Source: Gemmatimonadales bacterium (GTDB lineage: Bacteria; Gemmatimonadota; Gemmatimonadetes; Gemmatimonadales; GWC2-71-9). From it: a DNA stretch of 64,000 nucleotides. The number at the start of each line of letters is the position of its first letter. The stretch's first letter is position 1. Shown here one piece after another: positions 58,101-64,000 of the stretch. The stretch covers positions 71,816-135,815 of the forward strand of contig JBFGJG010000004.1 of NCBI GenBank assembly GCA_041577295.1. Direction: 5' to 3'. A program made the position numbers and the translations under genes. A model generated the notes under the pieces. That model saw nothing but the letters and a program-made list of their open reading frames with translations, had not been told where the DNA came from and did no database searches.

Positions 58101-58586
58101 CAACAGGGACAGCAGGACGGGCAACAGGGCCAGCAAGGGCAGCAAGGGGAGCAAGGGGAGCAAGGCGGCAATCAGGCTGAAGGGCAGCAGGGTCCGGGGG
58201 GTCGCATCGCGGAGGGTGCTCCTGGAGGACGTCTCTCCTCGGGAGACGCGCGACAGTTCAGTCGTGAGCTTCGTCAGCGGCTACAGGATGCCGAGACCAT
58301 TCGCCGAGAACTGGGCGAACAGGGCATCGACGTTGACGATCTCGAGAACATCATCGCACGGCTCCGTGCCCTAGACGATCGGGTGGCGTACGGTGACCCG
58401 CGCGCGCTCGTCCAACTACGCACGGAGGTGATCCAGGGGCTCAAGGAGTTCGAGTACGGTCTACGCCGCGCGCTTCTCGCAGATCAGGGGCAACGGCTCC
58501 TGCTGGGCGGCTCCGACGAGGTTCCCGAGGGCTACCGAGAGCTCGTGGAGGAATACTTCAAGGCACTTTCCGAACGAAGACCCTGA
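55128..58586 (+). CDS. Large membrane-anchored coiled-coil protein (DUF4175-like)
   Basis: Three TMs, Ig-like region, AEDDYGV, PGDLVSYYA, long Q/E coiled coil, C-terminal VPEGYRELVEEYFKAL. Confidence 0.8.
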   Translation: MTHSTNHEQLLRVVRRVRSRWRLKIVLRGLAIALVGGMLAFVVSAYGIDKFHFNPTAVLVFRVLAYTTIAGLLAWFTVRPLLSRVPDSRVALYLEEHEPSLDGQLLSAVEVGQGDNALHSRALVDRLVASAIERCTAVQDGRRIDRQPLARSSGVLAGATAMGMAILLFGPGSLQIGTRTLLTPWSSASDNNPYAITVLPGDTTVARGSDLRITAHLQGFDADAVDLAVKRGTATQWERWPMTLDESVEGFAFLLFDLDMQSQYMVEAAGVRSPVYTIDVADLPHVERIDLEYHFPAYTRLSPKREEDGGDVAALRGTRVKLGVTPNIPTAWGAILIDERDTILLASQADGMLSGEFRIDRDGFYRILFQTATGKVVPGSADFVIDALVDQPPSVVFRVPGRDLRVTNIEEVFAEVEAEDDYGVARLELIFSVNGGPEKTVSLYSGGGRRKNVSGSHTFFLEEWNLQPGDLVSYYARVKDDARITGPHESVTDIYFLNVRPLDTEYRQAEQQGAPGGAGMNSALSERQRQIVAGTFNLVRDRDEYSDKEYKENLATLALAQGRLREEVVTLLRRIRSRGVISIDSTFSAIASALDEAVAAMESAEEQLGRREPQQALPPEQQALQHLQRAESVFREVQVSRGGGGGGGGGSPNAEELADLFDLEMEKLRNQYEQVQRGRQEQMDEQLDEVLQRLRELARRQQQENERMRAQAGAQSQQGGGGVGGSQRQLAEEAEELARQLQRLAREQSVPELERTARELQQAAEEMRRAASNANSEAGAGQGQSALDRLRDARRLLDENRTAGVEREVDAALRRAERLSELQERVTEQVGAMSQGQQGEALQRLLERKEQMAGEVRDLERQLDGLAQDTRREQPEGSRSLREAVAGIRDNKLREKILYSRGVVQGRSREYAQNFEEQIGADLEELRDRIAQARDALGESPETRLARGLDRTRDLVNSLESLESRIQDRREGQPGQQGQQNDQPGGQDSPRQQGQQDGQQGQQGQQGEQGEQGGNQAEGQQGPGGRIAEGAPGGRLSSGDARQFSRELRQRLQDAETIRRELGEQGIDVDDLENIIARLRALDDRVAYGDPRALVQLRTEVIQGLKEFEYGLRRALLADQGQRLLLGGSDEVPEGYRELVEEYFKALSERRP
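58041..58190 (+). repeat. Gln/Gly-rich low-complexity coding repeat
   Basis: Imperfect 9-nt tandem units (CAGCAAGGG/GAGCAAGGG) encoding GQQGQQGQQGEQGEQG. Confidence 0.7.
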
Positions 58587-58599
58587 CCGAAAAGTCTGG

Positions 58600-58869
58600 T
58601 CACTTGTCCGACCGTCGGGCACCCTTCGCCGGCGACACGTCGATGGCGAGCGCGATCACGAGCCCTATCACCGGCCACAATCCCCATACGCCACCAAACC
58701 AGTGCTGCACTGCGGTGTACCACAGCAGGGTCGTTGGAAGGAAGATGAATCCAACGATCGGCCACAGGACCGTGTCGAATATTCCGCTAAACCAATCGGT
58801 CAGGAGCCATAGCAGGACGATGGTGAGGCGAGGTGCGAAGAGCGCGATCACCGCAAACAAACACGGCAT
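58600..58869 (-). CDS. Small membrane protein
   Basis: MPCL...PRL..., WP.VGFIFLPTTLLWY. Three hydrophobic segments, directly downstream of pgl. Confidence 0.75.
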   Translation of the reverse strand: MPCLFAVIALFAPRLTIVLLWLLTDWFSGIFDTVLWPIVGFIFLPTTLLWYTAVQHWFGGVWGLWPVIGLVIALAIDVSPAKGARRSDK

Positions 58870-58873
58870 GATC

Positions 58874-59626
58874 TCAAATGTCTCCGTTTAATTCGAGGAA
58901 ATGCGCCGCTTCTCTGTCGACGAGCCACACCAGTTCTCCATTCGCTGGCTGGACGAGACTTGCCGGCTTACCCTCCGTCGGTGCATCGTGGAGCACGGAT
59001 CGAAGCACCTCAGCTTTGGAGGTTCCGGTGACCAGAAAGAGCACGGTGGCGGCTGCCTGCAATACGGGGATGGTCAGTGAGACGCGGTAGGTTCTCAACG
59101 TTTCTACCCAGGTCGATGCAACCAGGCGGTCCCGCACGTGGAGGATGCTGTTCCGGGGGAAGAGCGAGGCCGTGTGTCCGTCCGTTCCGAGTCCCAACAT
59201 GACGAGGTCGAACCGCGGTAGGGTACTCTGGATGCCGAACGCCGCTCGTATGATCCGATCGTACTCCTCTGCGGCGGTCTCAGCACCCAGCTCGGCGGGG
59301 ATCCGGTGAACGTTGCCATCGGGAATCTCGACCACATCGAGCAGCTCCCGGGCGGCGAGTCCGTAATTGCTGTCAACGTGATCCGGGGGCACCGCGCGCT
59401 CATCGCCCCAAAACAGATGTGTCTGATTCCAGTCCAGCGCGGTCCGCAGAGCCGGCCGGGCCAGCGAACGGTAGACGAAGGCTGGAGTCGATCCCCCCGA
59501 GAGCGCGAGCATGTAACGTCCCCTCGCCTCAATGGCGTTCTTCCCCCGTATGACGATCTCTTGTGCGGCGGCTTCCCCCACCGCGGTAGGGCTGTCGAAC
59601 ACGCGAACCGTCCCACGAGGGTTCAT
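58874..59626 (-). CDS. pgl: 6-phosphogluconolactonase
   Basis: LSGGSTP, FWGDERAVP, SNY, LGLGTDGHTASLFP. Confidence 0.95.
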   Translation of the reverse strand: MNPRGTVRVFDSPTAVGEAAAQEIVIRGKNAIEARGRYMLALSGGSTPAFVYRSLARPALRTALDWNQTHLFWGDERAVPPDHVDSNYGLAARELLDVVEIPDGNVHRIPAELGAETAAEEYDRIIRAAFGIQSTLPRFDLVMLGLGTDGHTASLFPRNSILHVRDRLVASTWVETLRTYRVSLTIPVLQAAATVLFLVTGTSKAEVLRSVLHDAPTEGKPASLVQPANGELVWLVDREAAHFLELNGDI

Positions 59627-59655
59627 CGTCGGATCACCAGCGTCGCGGTCCGCAC

Positions 59656-60636
59656 GTGACCCGGTCCGGGGATGGGCTCACGGTGGGCGTGGATTTGGGG
59701 GGCACGAAGATCGCGACCTCGCTCGTGGATGCCAATGGGAAGATCGTCGCGTCGAACCGACGCGATACCGCGGCTGCCCGCGGCGCCGACAGGATCATCG
59801 AGGACATCACGGCGGGTCTTCGCGAGTGTATCGCTGGTGAATCGCCGCCGAACGCCGTTGGTGTCGGCATCGCGGGACAGGTCGATCCCGGTAATGGCAC
59901 GGTGTTGCACGCACCAAATCTCGACTGGACGAACGTGCCGCTGCGAGATCGTTTGGCGGATGCGGCGGGACTTCCGGTGTTTGTGCTCAACGACGTGCAG
60001 GCGGCCACCTTTGGTGAGTGGAAGCACGGGGCGGGGCAGGGAGTGTCCAATCTCGTGACCGTTTTCGTTGGCACGGGTGTGGGCGGTGGCGTGGTGACCG
60101 AAGGAGCGCTGACCCGTGGGTGCAGCGGCAGCGCCGGCGAGTTGGGACACCTCAAGATCGAGATGAAAGGACGATCTTGCACCTGTGGCCGCGTCGGGTG
60201 CGTCGAGGCCTACGCCGGTGGCTGGGCTATTGGCCAACGCGCGCGTGAGCTGGTCGCCACACACCCCGAACGCGCAACCCACTTGATCACACTGGCCGGC
60301 AGTGACCCGATCACGGGCAGGACGGTGGCGGAGGCGTTTCACGCGGGAGATGCGCTTGCGGTGGAACTGGTGCACGAGGTCGCGCGCGCGTTGGGTGTTG
60401 CGGTTGCAAGCGTGGTGAACGCCTTCAATCCGTGTCTGATCGTGTTGGGGGGCGGCGTCATCGAGGGACTACCCGAGCTCGTCGGGCTCATCGAGCGAGA
60501 AGTGCAACGATCAGCACTGCCGGCGGCCCTGGCCGGGCTGCGCATGACGATGGCGGCGCTGGGGCGCCATGCCGGAGCTGTTGGTGCCGCTGCGTGGGCC
60601 CGGTGTGAGCTTGCCACTCAATCCGGGGTGAGATGA
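59656..60636 (+). CDS. glk: ROK family sugar kinase (glucokinase-like)
   Basis: GVDLGGTK, NDVQAA, GTGVGGG, GELGH, CTCG..GCVE, IVLGGGV. Confidence 0.88.
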   Translation: MTRSGDGLTVGVDLGGTKIATSLVDANGKIVASNRRDTAAARGADRIIEDITAGLRECIAGESPPNAVGVGIAGQVDPGNGTVLHAPNLDWTNVPLRDRLADAAGLPVFVLNDVQAATFGEWKHGAGQGVSNLVTVFVGTGVGGGVVTEGALTRGCSGSAGELGHLKIEMKGRSCTCGRVGCVEAYAGGWAIGQRARELVATHPERATHLITLAGSDPITGRTVAEAFHAGDALAVELVHEVARALGVAVASVVNAFNPCLIVLGGGVIEGLPELVGLIEREVQRSALPAALAGLRMTMAALGRHAGAVGAAAWARCELATQSGVR

Positions 60637-62111
60637 TGACGCGTGTCCACCCGGATCGGCGCATGCCAATGGAATCCATCGCGACGTGCCAGGTCGTCTG
60701 CCGCGGCGGGACCCCACGAGCCAGCGGGGTACGAGTGGAGCTCGACGGTCTGGTCCATCAGGGGTGTGTAGAGCTGCCACGCCGCTTCGGTCTCATCGGC
60801 GTGCACAAAGAGTGTTTGATCCCCGCTCAGTACGTCGAGTAGCAGGGTTTCGTAGGCATCAGGGATGGATCCGAAGGCCTCCCTGTACTGAAAGTGGAGT
60901 GGCAGCGTCTCGAGCCGGAACGGTTCTCCCGGAACTTTGACGTCGATGCACAACGCAAAACCTTCGTCCGGCTGAAGCGTCAGCATCAACACGTTGGGAC
61001 GCATCTCGCAACCCCCAAACGACTCGAACAAGCACACTGGGGGCTGCCGAAAGGTCACCGCAATCTGAGTGACCCGGCGCGGCAAGCGCTTGCCGGTCCG
61101 GATGTAGAACGGCACGCCCTGCCAGCGCCACGTATCGATCTTGAGCCGCAACGCCACGAACGTCTCAGTACGTGACTGGTCGGCAACGCGGGGCTCGCTC
61201 AGGTATCCAGGCACCTGCTGCCCGTCGATCTGGCCCGCGCCGTACTGTCCAAAAACGACGTCCTCCGGCGCAACGGGGGAGATCGAACGGAGCAGCTTCA
61301 CCTTCTCATATCGGACGGCGTCGGATTCGAAGGCGATGGGCACTTCCATTCCGATCAGCGACAGCAACTGGGTGAGATGATTCTGCACCATGTCGCGGAG
61401 TGCTCCGGCCCGGTCGTAGTATCCCGCGCGGTCCTCGACTCCCAAGCTCTCTGCGACGGTAATCTGCACGTTGGCCACACGGTCCCGATTCCATAGCGAT
61501 TCGAACATGGCGTTGGCGAATCGGAACACCAGCAGATTTTGAACGGTCTCCTTGCCGAGGTAGTGATCGATACGGTAGAGCTGCGACTCGGAGAAATACG
61601 CGTGAGCGAGCTCGTTCAGCTCGCGGGCGGAGGCAAGGTCTCGCCCAAACGGCTTTTCGATGACGAGCCTCGTCCAACCCTTGCTGTGGTGCAGTCCCGC
61701 TTCGCCCAGGCCGCGAATGGTGCTCGCAAAGGCCCCTGGCGGCAGTGCCAGGTAGAAGAGACGGTTTCCGGCAAGGCCGTGCAGTCGCTCGATCTCCTCG
61801 ATCCGCGCCGCGAGCTCCGGGTATCGTCCCGATCCATCGCCCCCGGTTCCGAAGTAGTGGAGTCGCTCGTCGCACCAGGCCTCGAGACCGTCGTCCCGTA
61901 CGCGAGCCGCGTGGAGTTCCTCACGTGCCCAGCCACGGAAGGCAGCATCGTCAAGCTCGCGTTTTCGCCCAACGCCCAACACCGCGAACCGGCCGTCCAC
62001 GAGATCTTGCCTTGCCAGATGGTAGAGCGCGGGAAGTAGCTTCCGGCCAGTCAGGTCGCCGGTGCCGCCCAAGATGATGAAGAGATGACTGTCCACCTGG
62101 GAGTGGGACAT
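60618..62111 (-). CDS. zwf: Glucose-6-phosphate 1-dehydrogenase
   Basis: GGTGDL..RKLLPAL, EKPFG, RIDHYLGKE, RDMVQNH, RWQGVPFYIRTGK. Confidence 0.97.
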   Translation of the reverse strand: MSHSQVDSHLFIILGGTGDLTGRKLLPALYHLARQDLVDGRFAVLGVGRKRELDDAAFRGWAREELHAARVRDDGLEAWCDERLHYFGTGGDGSGRYPELAARIEEIERLHGLAGNRLFYLALPPGAFASTIRGLGEAGLHHSKGWTRLVIEKPFGRDLASARELNELAHAYFSESQLYRIDHYLGKETVQNLLVFRFANAMFESLWNRDRVANVQITVAESLGVEDRAGYYDRAGALRDMVQNHLTQLLSLIGMEVPIAFESDAVRYEKVKLLRSISPVAPEDVVFGQYGAGQIDGQQVPGYLSEPRVADQSRTETFVALRLKIDTWRWQGVPFYIRTGKRLPRRVTQIAVTFRQPPVCLFESFGGCEMRPNVLMLTLQPDEGFALCIDVKVPGEPFRLETLPLHFQYREAFGSIPDAYETLLLDVLSGDQTLFVHADETEAAWQLYTPLMDQTVELHSYPAGSWGPAAADDLARRDGFHWHAPIRVDTRHHLTPD

Positions 62112-62113
62112 AA

Positions 62114-63025
62114 TCAGTCGGCCTTCGTGACGGCGTGTCCGCCGAACTGTTGTCGCAGCGCCGCGAGGAGACGGTCAGCGTACGACTCCTGATCGCGCGA
62201 GCGGAGACGCTGAATCAGGGCCAGCGAGATGACGGGAGCGGGGACGTCGCGGTCGATCGCTTCGAATACTGTCCAACGACCCTCTCCCGAATCGGCGACG
62301 TGTGGGGCAATGGACGACAGTGATTGGTCTTTCTCCAGTGCACGAGCGGTGAGATCGAGCAGCCACGAACGCACGACGCTTCCCTCTCGCCAGATCTGCG
62401 CTATTTGATGCAGGTCGAGTGCAAACTCGGTTTTGTGCTTTAGGAGCGAGAATCCTTCGGCATACGCCTGCATCAGCCCGTACTCGATGCCGTTGTGGAC
62501 CATCTTCACGAAGTGTCCCGCACCAGGCGGGCCCACGTGCCCCCAGCCAGACTCGGGTCCCGGTGCAAGTGTCTCAAAAACGGGTTTGAGTCTGTCCACC
62601 GCTGCTGGCGGTCCCCCGACCATTAAGCTGTAGCCCTCCGTCAACCCCCACACGCCGCCACTCGTTCCGACATCGATGAAGTCGATCCCGGTCTGTGCGA
62701 GACGCGCGCTCCGCGCCATCGTGTCTTTGTAGTTCGAGTTGCCACCGTCTAAGATCACGTCGCCCCGCGAGAGCAGGGGCTGCAGCGCCTCGATCGTGGC
62801 GTCTACCGCCTGCCCAGCAGGCACCATGATCCACACGGCCCGCGGTTTGGCCAGCTTCTCGATGAGCTGGGCGAGTGATGCGACGCCGGTCGCGCCCTTG
62901 GACTGTGCCTCTCGCACGGGGTCTGGATTGCGGTCGTACGCGACTACCGCGTGTCCGCCGCGGAGTAATCGCTCCGTCATGTTTGCCCCCATTCGTCCGA
63001 GACCGACCATGCCAATTTCCATCAC
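62114..63025 (-). CDS. gnd: 6-phosphogluconate dehydrogenase, decarboxylating (short GntZ/YqeC type)
   Basis: GLGRMG, DGGNS, GTSGG, KMVHNGIEY, DSGEGRW, FGGH. Confidence 0.95.
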   Translation of the reverse strand: MMEIGMVGLGRMGANMTERLLRGGHAVVAYDRNPDPVREAQSKGATGVASLAQLIEKLAKPRAVWIMVPAGQAVDATIEALQPLLSRGDVILDGGNSNYKDTMARSARLAQTGIDFIDVGTSGGVWGLTEGYSLMVGGPPAAVDRLKPVFETLAPGPESGWGHVGPPGAGHFVKMVHNGIEYGLMQAYAEGFSLLKHKTEFALDLHQIAQIWREGSVVRSWLLDLTARALEKDQSLSSIAPHVADSGEGRWTVFEAIDRDVPAPVISLALIQRLRSRDQESYADRLLAALRQQFGGHAVTKAD

Positions 63026-63035
63026 GTCCTCCCTA

Positions 63036-64000
63036 TCATGAATCGAGAGCGTCAGTGAGTTGGGTGATCGCTGATGCGGGATCCTTGCCGAGGTTCACGC
63101 GAAGTACGCGGCGCTCCCGCTGTGACAGTGCTGAGTAGTCTCCCAATGCCTGGGCACGAATCAGTGTGCCAAAGGTGTAATCGGTCTCCGGGACGGCGAG
63201 ATCTTGTGAAGGTTCGTCTACCAGTTGCAGGAAGAGGCCGGTGTTTGGTCCTCCCTTGTGAAGCTGTCCCGTGGAGTGGAGGAAGCGTGGTCCATATCCC
63301 ACAGTCGTGGCGAGTGCCCGCTTCTCGCGCAAGCGGTGACGGAGCATCTGAAGCCGCTTCGTCATCTCGGAGCCCGGCGCAAGGTACGCCTGAATCGCGA
63401 TGTAGTCGCGCTCATTCGCGGATTCTAACCAACCGTTCAGGTGCGATCGCAGAGCTGTGCCACTTGCGATGTGGAGAGTTTCTCCCACCTCACGCTCCAG
63501 CCCCTGATCACCGCCGCGCATCGCATTTCGCGCCAAGTCTTTTGCGAGCTGCACGTCCGGCTGATCAAACGGATTGATGCCGAGGACGGCACCGGCTGCT
63601 GCCACCGCAAGTTCCCAACGAAACATTTCCTGGCCCAGGTCGACCACGTCGTGCAGTCGAGTGTGCATGACGGGGTGACCCGCAGCCGCCAAAGCGTCGA
63701 GCGCACGATCCAGTTCGGCTCGGGGCTCTTCGTCCAACGTAACCGCGACGAAGAATCGGTCCGATGCGTACCGATCGGGTGCGTCGATCGCTTCGTCGGC
63801 TACCGGAATGATGCCAATATTGTGCTTACCAGTGCTCTCTGCGATCAACTGCTCCAACCACGCAGGAAATGCGGCGAGGCGTGGGGTGGTAAGAAAGGTC
63901 ACCTTGTCGCGGCCTGCAAGCGTCAACTCGCCCAATGTCGCGCCCAGCACGAGGCTGGGATTTGCCTCGTCGCCGATGCAGAACGAGCTGGCTTCCGCCA
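63036..64000 (-). CDS. Glucose-6-phosphate isomerase domain, probably the C-terminus of a bifunctional transaldolase/PGI (partial)
   Basis: EQLIAESTGK, INPFDQPDV, GYGPRFLHSTGQLHKGGP, AQALGD. The frame is open to the right edge. Confidence 0.85.
   Translation of the reverse strand, partial: AEASSFCIGDEANPSLVLGATLGELTLAGRDKVTFLTTPRLAAFPAWLEQLIAESTGKHNIGIIPVADEAIDAPDRYASDRFFVAVTLDEEPRAELDRALDALAAAGHPVMHTRLHDVVDLGQEMFRWELAVAAAGAVLGINPFDQPDVQLAKDLARNAMRGGDQGLEREVGETLHIASGTALRSHLNGWLESANERDYIAIQAYLAPGSEMTKRLQMLRHRLREKRALATTVGYGPRFLHSTGQLHKGGPNTGLFLQLVDEPSQDLAVPETDYTFGTLIRAQALGDYSALSQRERRVLRVNLGKDPASAITQLTDALDS

Noticed and set aside
59623..60375. 250-aa ORF antisense to glk whose TGA overlaps the pgl ATG
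   Set aside because: No recognisable motifs. Long antisense shadow ORFs are common at high GC, and ATGA arises from any Met-Asn start.
1..64000. CRISPR arrays, tRNA (including tRNA-Sec), rRNA, IS elements, prophage or defence systems
   Set aside because: No spaced direct repeats, cloverleafs, transposase, integrase or phage genes were recognised by eye. Small RNAs could have been missed without a covariance search.

Overview
High-GC bacterial chromosomal window, gene-dense and mostly accessory metabolism and envelope functions. The gene repertoire resembles Gemmatimonadota, but that is an inference. No rRNA, tRNA, CRISPR array, integrase or transposase was recognised. Left to right: an ICL/PEP-mutase-family lyase + adenylation enzyme + acyl carrier protein + GNAT operon; transporters and several exported amidohydrolases/peptidases; a VPS10/BNR protein; two Ser/Thr kinases; a GH43; a cytochrome P460/c'-beta-family gene next to SCO; a TonB receptor-ECF sigma-anti-sigma unit; a 15-kb nine-gene MoxR/vWA/DUF4159 envelope operon; and an oxidative pentose phosphate cluster with an antisense ROK kinase inserted in it. 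The strongest signal that the ORF track hides is two unlinked AhpD/CMD-like genes (7119-7700 + and 24810-25391 -). Each is split by an in-frame TGA exactly at the second Cys of the CxxC motif (CKY-U, CAY-U) and each has a candidate SECIS hairpin, so both are probable selenoproteins. The second lies in a translationally coupled TetR - Sec-AhpD - thioredoxin operon, where a perfect palindromic operator overlaps a sigma70-like promoter. Family assignments come from motif recognition only; no searches were run.
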